Assembly (NCBI GenBank): GCA_973895155.1
Contig: OZ316898.1
Span: 12,365,659 to 12,429,658, forward strand
DNA length: 64,000 nucleotides
Origin: Marsupella aquatica
Taxonomy: Eukaryota; Plantae; Marchantiophyta
Direction of reading: 5' to 3'
A program made the translations under genes and the position numbers. The notes below the pieces were generated by a model that was not told where the DNA came from, made no database searches, and saw only the letters and a program-made list of their open reading frames with translations. Of this stretch, positions 45,802 to 60,200 are shown in pieces. The first letter of the stretch is position 1; every line of letters starts with the position of its first letter.

Positions 45802-46205
45802 TGTTAGACATTCACTCTTATGACTCTAATCGTTGTTAGGGTTAACCTTAGTCATAGACTTAGTTAGTAGATTAGTCATGTTGCACACTATATCTCCAGT
45901 ATTGTCAGTTAGGCATTTACCCTTACATTTAGAGTTACACTTGTAACCATAAGTAGGGCTAACCTTAGTTGCATAGTTAATTAGGTTAGTCATGCTGCGC
46001 ACTATATCCCCAAGGAGTGTTTGCTTGGATGAGAGAAACTCAGGCTGATTGTTACGGAGTGATCGAATTGAAAGATAAGGAGAACTTGTGCTGTAAAGCT
46101 AGAGTAAACTCAATTGAGATAAATCACATATATGTATCTGTGTTGACTACTTGTGTGTTGGATGATCATGGGATTGTCCTTATAAATGTCATCTCTTGCT
46201 CAACA
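45802..46205 (+). mobile_element. Solo LTR with a 5-bp TSD
   Basis: TGTTAG...TCAACA flanked by TAAAA on both sides (45797-801, 46206-10); similar to the LTR at 55218-55555. Confidence 0.85.
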
Positions 46206-47908
46206 TAAAAGTTGTGGTTAACCCACCACCCTCCCACAAGTATGATATACCCTGCTGTAATTAGGCTCTAGAAAAAAATTCCTCCCACATAAAACCATGA
46301 CGTCCCATAAATGGTGGGTGGGCAGTTACAAGAAATAAAGAGGAAATAAATTTCCAGACAAGCCAGAAAAACTTGTGAGATAAAATGCCCCAGAAAACAC
46401 TTATGTGTCCAGATTGGACACAAACACATGTTTTGGCTAAGGTTAGTATAAGCGAAATCCCAGGAAAATAGATTGAGACAACTCTTTGGGTAGGATTTTT
46501 TTTAATGTTCACCTGGAAATTTCTCAAATGAAGCAAGTTAGAATAACTTTCCGCACTTGTTACCAAGTGACAACTAAAAGTAAATTTTGTAGACTGAGAG
46601 GTCAATTTTTAGGAGCTTCGAAGCATTTACCAGCGCTGTGTCGGAAGTAACTTTTAAAGGAAAACATTATAAACTTATTTTTTAAAAGGGCCAAACAAAG
46701 TAAAATGAAGAAAAAGCAAAATAATTTCAATGAAATATGCAAAAGTGAATCGCAAAAACCTAGAAAAAGGAAAAAGAGAAAACAGGAAAAGATGTACCAC
46801 TGCGTAGTGTGGTGTAACGCTCGAAGTAACATTCCACACCAAACTGGAAAGCTTGAAAAAGTGACTCACAAAAACCAAGAAAGAGGAAACCAAAAAAAAG
46901 GAAACCAAAAAAGAGAAAAAAAAACAATCTAACACTGAGATAGTGTGGTGTAATGCTGGACATATCATTCTTCCAAATATCTCGTTTTATGTGCTTTGCT
47001 CCCAATTCTAACGTCCCTGGCTTGTAGAGTAGTAGAATATAGGCCCAACTGCCGAGGCCAAATATCCCATCTGCCGCATACCTTTTGAAGGTCAGGACTG
47101 CACCACGAGGTCGAAATCGTACCTCACTCATGTGCCACACAAACCTATAAAGTGACTCAGGCCTAACCTACGACCAACCCATGGGACAAATATCTCATTT
47201 ATGAAGATTACGATAATAGGGAGTCGGATAACAGGGATTTTAAGCTAAGCAACCCATGAAATGACTTTGTAGGAATGAGCTGGTATTCAAGGCAACTAGC
47301 CTGAATACCAATGCCTATGCAGATGGAAGGCTCCCAGTACTGAGATACCCATCCACAAGGATAGTCTAGATATTATAAAGAAAATGTTACTAGATAAATA
47401 ATGGCCTATGGCTTCAATGTGGAGTATACACTTTGATTGCAATTCAACAGTATAGATGTACATTCACCTTGCCATCTGTCCTGGGAAGCTTGTTAGAAAT
47501 TGAACAAGTTGGAGGCCCTGAAGTCATTTGGGTAGAGACTCCAACTTCTTCTACATATCAGTGCAGGTGAGCATGTCGCCTTTGTAATGTAAATGGATTT
47601 CCTGAATTCGTTGCTTAAACTCCCTAATAAATAGTTTTACCAGAGAGAGAGTTCCCCTCTTGTGACATGGACCTTTCAATGCAGGTGGGGAAGGCACTAA
47701 TTTGCTAAAATGTGCTCTCTATGTTCCATTCAAAAAGGCCTGTGTTAGAGTGGAAATTCAGTCCCTAGGGCCTTATTCCACGAGCACAGGCTCAGGCCTA
47801 ACTTTGTGAGTTGGATAAATATCTAAAACACGAAGATGCCACATGCTATTTCTGGGAATGAAATTCTTTGAAACTAGCCTAAACGTGCCCCAGAGTTATG
47901 GTCTAGAA

Positions 47909-48146
47909 AGTTCACTCTAGACTGTAGGCCATTATTCAAGATTTCAATCTCATTTTATTAGATAGGTTGTTCAGTTCAAGCAGTAGAAAGGAGTTAAAAC
48001 TGACACAAAACCCTTCATTGCCTGATTGTAATTCTAGGAGGTTCACTCTAGACTGTAGACCCTTATCAAAGCTTTCAATCTCATTTTATTAGAAAGATTG
48101 TTCAAGCAGCAGAAAGGAGTTAACGATGACACCAAGCCCTTCATTT
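47909..48146. repeat. Diverged tandem duplication, ~131-bp period
   Basis: GTTCACTCTAGACTGTAG...TTTCAATCTCATTTTATTAGA...CCCTTCATT at 47910 and 48041. Confidence 0.85.
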
Positions 48147-49664
48147 TTATAATTTCAGTTAGTCACTTGGTTCTTTGGTTGGGCTGAAGCCTCCAGTTGC
48201 TTCCCTTCTTGCGCTACATGCACGGTACCACACCGTCCCTTAACAAAGTTGCCTCTGATGTTCTTAAAAAGTTTAAGATGGCATCAAACCTTGGCAATGA
48301 TTTCGTACTGATTAGCCCCAAGTTGCTACACACAATAAATTGCCAGAAGCAGGTGGCCCCTGTTGAGATAACTAGATAAGATTTCAACTCCACGTAAAGT
48401 CAACTGCAGTTGAACTATCAAATCATGACAGCCGCATGAAATGTTCACTGGTCACCCTGGGTACTGGGTAGTGCTTTTGGTCTCTCTCACATGTTAATGA
48501 TAGCAAAGATAACTGAACACACCTGCACCAGTTTCCCCATCGGTCAGAAGTCAGGAAAGTCAAGAGAAGATTGCTGTGAACGTGTACTGAAGTTGGCCCT
48601 GTTTTGCAGAATCCAATAATTAGACTTGACCAACTCTAAACAGCATTTATTTTTGTAGCCAAAATTTGTTAAATACGACCACAGTTAGAGAAACAAAAGT
48701 TGGGATGGACGAGACATTGTCCTTGCCCATCCCCATGGACTGTGTGTAAAGGGATCTCAGTTTTTACACCAAAAACAAAAAGGAACTGGTTGTGGATTTT
48801 AGTTGACAACTTTGACAATCTTGGGAAGAAAATAGTGAAGACATCATGGTGATCATGATTAACAGATGATGTCTTGACGTCTTTCATGTTCAAGGTCCTC
48901 AAGGTACCAAGAAAATTGGTTCGGTAATGAATTGAAACCAGCTGCAAATGGTAAGGAGTACTTTTACATGTCACAAAAAAAATTCCAATTCTTTTTTGAA
49001 TTTGGCAAACTTTCTGTCCTTTATTGGCAGTTTCATAAAGCCAGTCATGGATCCCATTGGCTAGAATTTGATGGTCATTTTTCAAGCTATGGAGATCTAA
49101 TGATCAGAAATTAATCTAGGAGAACTAGATAAGGAATGTTCTTAGCATTTCTCCTTACATAAGGTGACCTTGGTCATCCTAGAATTAGACTTGACCCAGC
49201 CCTCATCAGCATCCCTTTTAGTGGCCAAAACATTGGCAGAAATAAAAGCCAGGTTAGCAAATATTGTCACTCCTTATTTTATTATTATTATTAAAAAAAA
49301 TTTAAGGAAATCTGTGAAACCTCATACAATGTTAGGAATTGACTCTAGTTCCCGGTTTTAGTTAGTTTGACCTTACTAGGGCTAGTTCACCTTGGAACAC
49401 AAACATATAAAATATGTTTAGTTTAGGCCCACACATTTTGGTCCCCTTGGGGAGTATAGGTTGGAAAGATAGCATTGTCTCTCTCATTCTTCACAGTCAT
49501 GTACTTTCTCATGAGTTATGGATTATTTATGAGTTTTTCCATCGTGGTGTCTTGTTAGTGTAGTGTGAGATTGAATATTCTCATGTTCCGCATTGCTGTC
49601 TAGTCTAAGCCATCATTTATTACACACAAAGGGAAGCAACAGAAGTGAGTTGCAACATTTAGTA

Positions 49665-49837
49665 ACTAACAACATTTGAACCCAAAATCTAGGAGTCATC
49701 ACTCAAGTGAGCTACCACTCACTAACAACATTTGAACCCAAAATCTATGAGTCCTCACTCAAATGAGCTACCACTCACTAACAACATTTGATTGAACCCA
49801 AAATCTATGAGTCCTCACTCAAGTGAGCTACCACTCA
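49665..49837. repeat. 56-bp tandem repeat, 3 copies
   Basis: ACTAACAACATTTGAACCCAAAATCTA.GAGTC.TCACTCAA.TGAGCTACCACTC at 49665, 49721 and 49777. Confidence 0.9.
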
Positions 49838-52800
49838 GCAATGCCTCTTTCACTACTATTCCTATCTTTGACTAGCCAGTTCACTACCTAGCCAAATCTG
49901 ATGGCGATCCTATGATCTAGGAAGATCTAATGGTCAAAAACATATGTAGAATTTTTTTGCATTATCTCCTTCACACAAGGCTTCACTAGAGGTGTTCCAA
50001 CCCACATCACAATTTTTCTGGTGGCAGAAATTTGCCAAAATTGACCTTGTTTGAAAGTCTTTGCCAAAGCTTGTTTAGATTTGATTCCCACATAGCCACA
50101 GACCCATTCTCTAGAATCTGATGGTCATTCTTGAATCTAGGGAGATGAATGGCTCTTAATCTAAGGAAACTAGATCAGAAATGTTCTTAATAACATTAGC
50201 CAGAATCTCATGGCAATCATCTGATCAAGATCTAATGGCCAGAAATCAATGTAATTTTTTTTATAAAGAATAGTCTTTGCATGTTCTTCTTCATCAAGGT
50301 GACATTAGTCTTGCTAAGATTAGACTCTACCCTACCCTCATCAGCATTTTTAGTGGCATAAATTTGCCAAATTGTATCTCATTGAAAAAATCTAGCCATT
50401 TTGTGCAAAAACTTGTGAGGCTTAGTCTCTACATCTAAGGAGACCTATGGGCCAGACGTTAATCAAACAAAATGTGATAAAAATATATTCCTAGCATCTT
50501 TCCCGATGTCCCCCTCCCGAAAAAAGAAAGAAAAAAATACCTTGAAAAAACTAGCGTTTCCCCATGCAATGGAGAACTTCTTGGGTCTTCTCGAAGTACA
50601 CGCAACACACAGCCTTAGTTTCATTGGGATCCTGCATTCTTTATTGAGATGTATAGTGAAATGCTTTAAAAATATTTCTCACACTTCCATGTTTCTATGT
50701 TTGAAACGTGGGAACATGAATCACGAGACCACTCGTGTTCACAAATCCCCAGTAACGTAACAATATGGCGATGGTGTGCTGAATTGCTGCTGATCAAAAC
50801 CAAAAGGCGATGTGGTGGAGATGGACAGAGAGCTTGAGCCATCAATGGAATTGACCAGAAATAGACTACGCAGACGGATTGAGCTTCATATAATCATATT
50901 ATTCCTGACGTTCTGGATCCCAACGCGAAATGATGACAATATCGCTGGAGCAGATTCATGAAAGAGCACACGTCCCCTCCATTTCTCAGATGAAATGATT
51001 ACAAGAGTAGTAGATAAAAAAGCAAACACGAACCAGACCCTGACTCGACCCTGACCCCACTGCCTTTACTAAATAGACGGTCCTTTCCAGAAATTGGGCA
51101 CTTGTGTGTTTTTTCACCAAGGCAAATCCGAGTGTGGCTTGTTGTGTAAAGATAGGCTCTAGACAAAGAATCCGTTAGTATTTTGAAATAAAATTCAATG
51201 AATAAAAATCTCTTGAAAGATGGACCCAAACACCACCCAGACCACTTTTGTATACGGAAGAGAGGGTCCTTTTTCCCAAAAAATAAAAAAATTAATAACT
51301 GTTTCCCCCCAATTAAAAACTCATAAGGATAGCTTTTCAAAGAAAGCATTGTGACTTTTTCACCAAACCAAATTGGAGTGTTACCTCTTCAGTATATAGG
51401 TAGTCTCTAGGCCAAAATTCTCCTAAACTCCAACCAGACAACTGACTTTACTAAAGAGGGGGTCCTTTTCCCAAAATAGATAAAGAAATCGGGGTGGTTT
51501 CTCAAGAAGTTGGGGCGGGACTTGTGGTTTTTTCACCAAAGTAAATTCAAGTGCCACCTTGTTTTAAAGATAGGCCCTAAACCATATGTCTTTTGAAGCC
51601 AAATTCAATAAATGCAAATCCCTTTGATTGATGGAGCCGATGTTTGGACTTAGTCCCTGTACTGAGGGTTTTCTCAATGCCAGCTGCGTAGTACATCTTA
51701 TTCCTCTGACTGGCAAGGTACAATACTGAAAATAGTGCATGGAAAGAAATGCATCATGCAAAGGTGGGAAGGGTTGAGCATGAAATGAAGCTGGAATTGC
51801 AGCAATAGAGCAAGGATCACCAATATTTTGCAACAAGATTTTGAGCAACAAGTCAAGTAGACTAGAAATTAGCATAATGATTCTGAAGGGTTGCTGCTTG
51901 AGTACTACTCTGTCCAATTTGCAGGCAAGATTACAAACGAGATGGAATTTTGAAAGCACTAATCAAACAGAAAACTGCACACAAGTTATCTTAGCAGTAA
52001 TCTAAGGGCTGCTACACAAGAGGGCAGTGTTTCTATGTCCACTTCTTGCTGCCAGCTCCATCTCCAATTAGATTTGATGTCCTGTAAGATGCCACACACA
52101 GATGCCAAATTTGGTTTAAGGCTGACATCCAATTCAGTTCTGCAATTCTAAAAGAGCTATGGAGTTCTCAGCAAAATTCAAGGGAGGCAAGTTGCCATGG
52201 ACACACAGTATTGTATTGTGTTGCTCCTCCTATGCCAGCCCAAGCCAAGAGGCACCTCCCCATGCACACCTAGGAATTGTTTTGGTCATAGTATAGCAGT
52301 CCCTTCATAATGGTGTGTAGCTCCCTTTATACATGGAAGATACCAATATTAAATCCTTCATAACAAAATGTATACCGGCTAAACCAGGTATAGAGGTGGG
52401 TATACAATGAGCCCATACCAGCCATACAAGGTATCATTGACATTTATATATGCTAAACTGGGAATTGCAATACCTTGCCTTTCTCGGGCTTTATTAGTAT
52501 ACTCCACCTAACACTGGTTTAGATGTTTGGACCACCTGAGGACGTGGGCTAAACTAGTTTGGACCACCTGACGATCGATGCAATCTAAAATTCTAGACAA
52601 AGTAACATTCCACATCACTATTTACTTGGGCCCATTGCTTGGCGAGCAGGATAGATAAGCCACCATAACTAAATGGACCCCCAAGTTGTTGTAAAGCAAA
52701 TTGCCGTTTCCACTCGTCACAGATCCAGATTCAGTCTGAGGAGGAATAAAAAGAAGATATGGGCCCCCGATGCCTTCTAAAGCCAACCTCAGCAAAGTTG

Positions 52801-54457
52801 GGGGGCTAGCAAAGGTTGGAGATGGCACAATGAAGGTGAGTTCATTGGGTTTTGAGTCCATAGGGGAGTGGGCCGCCAGCACTCTCAAGGATCCTTTATT
52901 CCCACCTTTTGGTTTGGAGTCCCTTTACCAGCTCCAATGCCCCAAACTCCTAGTTTCCTGAAATAGATAACTGGTTTGGTGTTCCATGTAGACCACTGAT
53001 TTTTGAATTTTTAAGTTCTTTTTAGTGAAGACGACAGTGCTGGTGCACCAAATGCATTCAAATATACCGACATTCAATGAAAACCAGCAGGGACAGGGTT
53101 TTAGGGTCTGGTTTTTGACTGGTGAAATTTCCAAAGCTAGCATGATCAGAATAAACAACTTGAGGTAGAGTAAAAGTGAGATGCATGCTTCAAAAATTCA
53201 TTTGGGGTTCACGCTCAGTAACTCATCCCCAATTGTAGACAATGGATAAGAAAACCCCGGCCAAGCTCATTGCCCTGGGGTTTACATCCTTTAAGGTTCT
53301 GTGCTCAGTTGTTATGGTACTTGCCCAGGTAATCCTGTCCTTTTGTCATTTTTAATTCTCATTACAAGTTATACTCTATGCAAAGCTAAGGGTGACAAAC
53401 AAAACAGAAATGTCAGCAAGGTCCATGTGATCCACTAATTACTGAACACTACCTGAAAGACCAAAGGCATATGGCCCCCTTTATATGTATACAGTTGCCC
53501 TATATCTTGTAAAGGAGACTGTATGTCCTTAATCCTATATTTTAAGGTGCTTTCATTATTATAGTCCTTGTCCAATTACTCTTGTAATTTTTAATTTCTG
53601 AATACAAGTCATACAATCTCACTGCAAAGCTAAGAATGGCTGATAAAACAGAAATGTTAGAAGGGTCCATATAGTCCAATAATAATTGAACACACCACCT
53701 GGAAATCTGACCAAAGACATACATTCACATTATATGGTGTCCCATATTTCTACCTACATATTCATCAAAGGTCCCTTAGACCCTTGATCCTAAAAATTAC
53801 TCCTCTTAAAATGGGTTACTAACATGGGTATGTGACTCGCTCCGCTAACAATAAAATAAGATTGTTTTACAGCTTCATTTCCTTTCTTCGTGGAGGCCAG
53901 TGGAGACCGTTGCTTCGTCTCATCTCTCCACGGGAGACCTGCCCGTGCGTCAACGGTCAACACACAAGTGATTTGCAATGCGGTGTCATAAAAACACCCA
54001 AACTGCTAACGAATGAGAAATATTAATGGCCGTTTTTGATTGGTGCATTATTCATTCTCCTCAACTCATTTCGCCGTACCGTAATCCATTGTCTTGGATT
54101 TCCGGGCATACGGTACAGACCATGATTGGACTGCGTTTTCATGAGTACTTTAATAGTCACAAGATATGAGGCGTTGAAATTGAAGTTGGACGGCGGAGAT
54201 CGAAGGACTCCTCCAGCTCGAAATTAATTTTATTGGGTTTGGCTTTGTACGTATATCGGCCCAGCTGTGAGAAACATTCCCCCCTGATGGCCTGATGGGA
54301 GAAAAGTGGGAAGGGGGCTGCCCGGTTCTGGATCCGTGTTCTTCGGGAAATCATTTATTTTTGCTTTTTTCTAGTATCCTCCATTTTAAAAAGTGATCCA
54401 AATTGACGTCTACCTGAAATTGAAACATTTATTTGATGGACCTCTTTATGAAAAGTG

Positions 54458-54570
54458 TGACTTGATGGACCCCATGAACCATCAAGGGGTCGATAGACCT
54501 TAATTGACACACCCAAAATCTCATGGGGTTGGTTGGGGAGAAAGTTTTGGGTTGGGGGTCCATCAAGTCA
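54458..54570. repeat. Perfect 16-bp inverted repeat, probably a small MITE remnant
   Basis: TGACTTGATGGACCCC (54458-73) and GGGGTCCATCAAGTCA (54555-70). Confidence 0.6.
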
Positions 54571-54911
54571 GAGTCTCTATTCAAACTATTAAGCTACCTC
54601 CAAAATTATGGAAGCTATCCCAAAACTGTAAAGCTTATTAGAGTGTTGGGCCCCTGGCCCCCTGGTGCTTGTCGTCCTCTTTGTTTTTCTTGTGCGGGTT
54701 TGCCCCCATGCATGGTATTGATGACCTGGCCCCCCGTTTTTCCCCCAAAAAGGAAAAAATAAGCTATTAGAGGAGTTTTGTGACCAAAGTTATGTGATCA
54801 CACTAGGTTGAACTAATATAGAAAGCAAACCAATCCACAAATGGAAAGTATGTCATAAACTTTTAGAACTTATTGGAGGAAATTAGTATTTGTTAAGACC
54901 TTATATATGGA

Positions 54912-54931
54912 CTCTCTCTCTCTCTCTCTCT
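54912..54931. repeat. (CT)10 microsatellite
   Basis: Read directly from the sequence. Confidence 0.9.
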
Positions 54932-55217
54932 GAGCTTAACTTATTGTGTTGTAGGAAAGATTGCAAAAATTGTATTTGCCAATATATATTCATATGAACT
55001 CTCTATATTAGCTCAACTCAATTCGACTAACTTGAGATAGGACACTCTTGATTCATGGATACATGGAGGCTAAGGACTTGCATCTGCTAATCTACTAACT
55101 CCTTTCAATTGTACCTTCACCCTGGACCAGGTTTCTGTCCAACACTCACCCAAATGTAGTATATATTGTTGTCTATGAGAAAAATCTTTTGGTCCCCCTA
55201 GTTTCTCCCACTTTTAT

Positions 55218-55950
55218 TGTTAGGTATTTACTCTTATGTCTAGAGATATGACTAACAGGCTAATCGCAGTTGAAGACGTAGTTAGGTTAACTAAGTTGCA
55301 CACTATATCTTTAAGTGATGCTTGGCGCTTGGATAAGGGGAACTAAGGTTCATTGTTAAGGAACCTTTTGAGAGAGAAGGAGAGCTTACATTGTGGACAC
55401 TGGGTATGGCCGACAGGTTTAGAGTTCAATAATACTCTCTTGTGCATTCCCATGGACGTAGTCTCAAGGAGGTGAACCACGTATCTCTTGTGTTGACCAC
55501 TTGTGTGTTAGATATGTCATGTGCTTACCATTGTGAATATTGTTTATGCTAAACAATTTGTATCAGAGCATGCTTAGGATGGGACATTTTTTGTGATGTG
55601 TTTTTTTGTGACGGTTGTCTAGTGTTCAATGTCAAAGGATTTCCCAAAGTTTCATTGTGTGGAACTTGGAGGGTATGAGCTCAGCGGATAGATTGGGGCA
55701 AGGCCTTTCTACCGACGCGTAGAAATCCTTGAACATAGTTTGTGGTGCAAAAATATTTAAGTTATTTTCATTCTGGATTTTTTGAAAAAAGTTGACAACT
55801 TTCATGTTTGATGTTTTTTGAAAAAGGAACCAGAGATTGTTTTCTCAACGGTGTGAGCCTTGTCATGCACGAGGGGTTGTATGCTGGAGCTCCACTTCTA
55901 GCTGGTTTTTCCGATACCTAATTTGCTGATTTTCTTGGATCGAGTGTGAC
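55218..55950 (+). mobile_element. LTR retrotransposon 5' fragment (LTR, PBS, leader), same family as 1100-2104
   Basis: LTR TGTTAG...AAACA at 55218-55555, then TTGTATCAGAGC (iMet PBS with one mismatch). The leader matches the reverse complement of 1500-1750. Confidence 0.8.
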
Positions 55951-56883
55951 CGGACAAGTGACAAAGACATTTTTAATTTTTTCCATGGCTATGGAAAGCT
56001 AGTCTTGTCATAGCTTCTTCTGCTGCACAAAGGGTTACATTCCGACACTGGCAAAAATGGAAAATCCTTAAAGATTATGCTGATGTGGATGGCCGTATCC
56101 AAAACACACGGTCAAACAATGACAAAACACCCAGAAAAGCTGCCCAAAAAACACCTCCGCCACTCATCTTGCCAAATGGATCAATAGCACATTGCAAATA
56201 GTAGATGTTATTGTAAATGATTTTTCTATAGACCATCAGCCTGAACGCTACAGATAGTGGATGCTCTGGGCTTTCTAATAAGAGTCTTGGATGCAGCGTT
56301 TGCCTGAGCTTCCTACAATCCCATGTTTGACAATAGAGTCTACTGTATGTGCAGGCCCAGGAAGACACCCCAAGCATGTACTTTTCCAGTCTCATAAGTG
56401 CAGGGTATCAGTCATGCACTTCTCCACAGGTGCATGCTGTACTATCCAATAGGTGCATACAAAACTGCTTATGGTCTTCTGCAGAGGAGTTGTCAATTCA
56501 TACTTGTTGGACTCCTCATACATACGCCAAACAGTCATATTGCATAATCCAAGTGCATGAAACTAGTGTATATAGTTGAAAGGGATGCTCGGATGGACTG
56601 AGGGCATGAACCTCAAGTCTTCCATGGACTTTACACACCCAAAGTAAACCCAAAGTAAACTAGTGACAAAAGTGATGTGACAGTATCATTTGATTGGATA
56701 TTGCTAATGACTTCCTCAATGAAGCAATTTAAAACCATCACCCAGAAATCTCACCAGAAATTGTCAAGCTGATATGCCGGGGGGGAAGCTACTGTAGTAT
56801 TGTGGAACTTCCCCAGTTTGGGCCTCTTCTCAAAACTGGGCCCAAAACTCCAAAACAAATATGGACTGACTACCGGCTCTAAT

Positions 56884-57214
56884 AGGGGGTCTCAAATATA
56901 GGCCCGGGACATTTTAGCGGCCGACCGAGTTAGGTTTGGGCGGACGCGGCACACCCTTAGCCTAGCCCACACACACCTCCCGTGGCGATTTACCGTTGCC
57001 CGGGATGGATACTTCGAAACCGTCGACTGGCCGTAATTTTGAACTAAAGCTGCATCTCGTGACTTTCTTCTCCAACAGGAACTCACACTTTACGGGCCTA
57101 AAAAACTTGGGTCACAAAAGAAAGGTGGTGCCGGTAAACTTGCCCACGACACTCATAACGGACGCGTCTGACCTCCCGGGAAGTAATGTTCTGGGCCGAT
57201 ATTTGAGACCCCCT
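56884..57214. mobile_element. ~330-bp MITE with ~30-bp TIRs
   Basis: AGGGGGTCTCAAATATAGGCCCGGGACATT versus the reverse complement of AATGTTCTGGGCCGATATTTGAGACCCCCT. TSD is AAT or TA depending on the boundary chosen. Confidence 0.85.
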
Positions 57215-60200
57215 AATGTACAGAATACCTGCTGCAAGGTGTCCCTCTTGTTACAGGTCATAGTCTAGACAGAAGTGTAAGAATTATCATTTGAGTTAAA
57301 ATAGATGTTTGATCAAAGTCCATCTGGGTTGCTAGAATCCATTGAGGCATTTGTTGTACTTGGAGGTCTATCCACGGTTTAGTTTTGTATATAGTTGTTG
57401 TGACACTTATTGATAAATGCCTCTAGTATACTTGTTTGCAATAATTGATACATACATGCCTCCTCTAAGAAATACATTTATGTATATATCTTTTTGTGAT
57501 ATGACCTACACATACAAATGGTGCATATTTTATATACACGGGAACGCCATGTAATTTTAGAAGACTACACTACCAGACTACTACAGTTCCCCACCAGCCT
57601 ACAGTCCCCCATGGAATGCAGTTATACTCCACTTTGGTCGCAGTAGTCGCATGAAGTTTGGAACTTGGGGAATTTATTTATACCTTGTTTCATGACGCAA
57701 GTAATTAACGGCAGGGTGTTCGCCGGAGCAGCGTGCGGACAATACTACAATAGGGAAAATTCCTGGCCTGAGACCGCGGTCAAAGCAATAATAATAATAA
57801 TAATAATGTTTCGAGACAAGTGCCCGCGAGTTTGCCGGGAGTGAGTCGATAGAATTATCCTAACCGCCAAAGGCGCAGGTTGACACGTTCACCGGGCAGC
57901 AGTTTATGTCGGCTACATTATCTCGTTCCCAATATTTTCTTTCTCGGGGCGAGAAACAAATCTACCGGGATTTGTGATCATTCAGGCATTAACTATTATT
58001 CTAGACGATCCAAGTGTGGGCAACGGATTAATTATTAATATACTTTAACACCCCCTTTCTCACTCTGAATTTCTGCTTCTTGGAGCCGGGGAGGAATTGA
58101 TAAATAAAATAACATGCTGGAGAGGGTCTGTGATGATTGGGCCGCATCCGCACAAGAAATTTTGATTTGCGAGTATTCTAATTCCAACGCATGCCATTAG
58201 ACAGTGTGCTGAAACGTGGTGCAAACTTTAAATCACAGGACAAACTGCGAGTAATGTTATAGCGAGATTCATTCATTTCTTGGTCGTGATTATTTTGTTA
58301 GTCGTGGACGAGATATAAGAATTTCTCTCGATTTTCGTACAACACAGTGGATTCGGTCAGACCCAAAAGTAATAGCGAAAGTAAATTCTTCATTGGCAAA
58401 CAAAGAAAATCACCTTCACTTGATATTGAACTTTTCCCAATCTTATGTCATTTGTGAATTTTTCTATTCGTAATTCTGAGGGCATTTTCGAAGAAAAACT
58501 GAATTCTCTTCTACTTTAACTCAAACGAATTTAAAACTTAGGACTCTAAGTGTATTGAAGTAGTGTTACCAGAGCTTTATGGATAATAGTCGTCACTCAA
58601 AACTTGAGGTTAAACTTCTATTATATTCTGAAATAATTTTTGAGTATTCTTTCTGAATACTCTAGAAACCTTTAGTAAATGCAAAAGGTTGTACGCATAG
58701 ATATGCAAAAACACCAAACACCTAACTGTTTGCATGAAGACGCTCCAGGTATGCTTAGAATTTACATCCCAAATGGTTTTTCAATGAGCACTCTAAATTA
58801 TTGTGTGAATCAGTTCTGGACTTTTATACTTTTCTCATGTGGGTGTCCCTCTAGACCAGAACCGAGCCACTGCAAAATTCTTCCATTCCACTTCCCAATG
58901 AGGTTTTCTGCCTCGTGCCCGGACAACTTCCTGCCTTGCTGGAGACCGCCAATCACATGCATGGGTGATCTATTATATTAAGGAGAGACCCCAAGAAGAC
59001 CAAAGGGCCACAAGTGCAAGAGCCCATGAAGGTGGAGAGGTTTTCTAACATAATTGCTTCTCTAATTAGGTCCAAGGGCAGAGCTGTTGGAAAATAGAGT
59101 AACCACATTTAATTTTGTTTCGTTTTTGTTTGCAAAGGTGGCAAATGTCTCCTTGTGTGTGAAGGCAAAGATGTTCATTAAAGAAAATTCCTTATCTAAT
59201 CCAAGGGCAGAAATGCTGGAAAATAGAGAAACCTAGTAATTCAAGGTTTTCTTTTCACTTAGGTGGGGAATGTCACCTTGTGCATGACAGAAGGCACAAA
59301 CATACTAAGAGTATTTCTTAATATCTAATTAGGCCAAAAGGCAGAGGTCCAATAACATACAGAAACCCTACAAGTACAGTAAATCAAAGAGAGGGGGGCG
59401 GGGCGGCGGAAGGAGGAGGGAAACTTACAGCCAGACAGGTGAAAGAAGCCCAAGAGAGCCACAAGACAAGGAAAGAGAAAAGAATCCAAATTTCATAAAT
59501 CTTATTGCAATGAAAGGTTTGGGATAGAAATTCTCCAGGCATGTCTATTTGCAAAATGTTATTTGGGTGGGTTACCTGGTAGTTTCACTTATGGTGAGAT
59601 TTTTCCTAAGCAAGACATGGACCTAAAGGTGCCAATGGCATCTTCTCCACGCTCAACCCATTAGGGCTCCCAATAGCTTGCACACTCCTTGAAATTTAGG
59701 TGTCAGGCCAGCTGACAAATCCCATAGAGTTTTAAGAGGCTTCTGGGCATCTCACTTATGCTTGACAACTTTTCCATTTAACGTCATTTCCTATTGACAA
59801 TATCGTGCAACACACAGGCGGTGGTCTATTTGGAAAATATTATTAATTATCATTAATGTTTTAAACCGATCAAAGTGAACATGCATCTGTTTCAGACAGT
59901 TGGAACACGCATCTGTTTCAGACGGGGGCAAGACAGGTGTTTGATCTGGGGCTTGCTTTGTCTGAGACGGCAGACAACTTATTTGCAGTTAATAGGCGTT
60001 GCCCCCCAGGCAGGAAGAGCACAAGACTTTTACAAGCCAAATCCTGGATTGACAGCCTTCCTAGAGGTTGGCTTGGCATTGGTGGGAAATTTATCTTTTC
60101 TGGGTGATGGGCCACTTGTTGGCTGCCTTTTGTTGCTTTCTTGGCTGTGCTCTCCAAATTTGGACTGGCCGTGTGATGTGTTTCTTTGTGTATTTAGGGG

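Noticed and set aside
52622-53158. Possible degenerate zinc-finger or transposase N-terminus (WFSL...CIWC)
   Set aside because: Too short and degraded to support a call.
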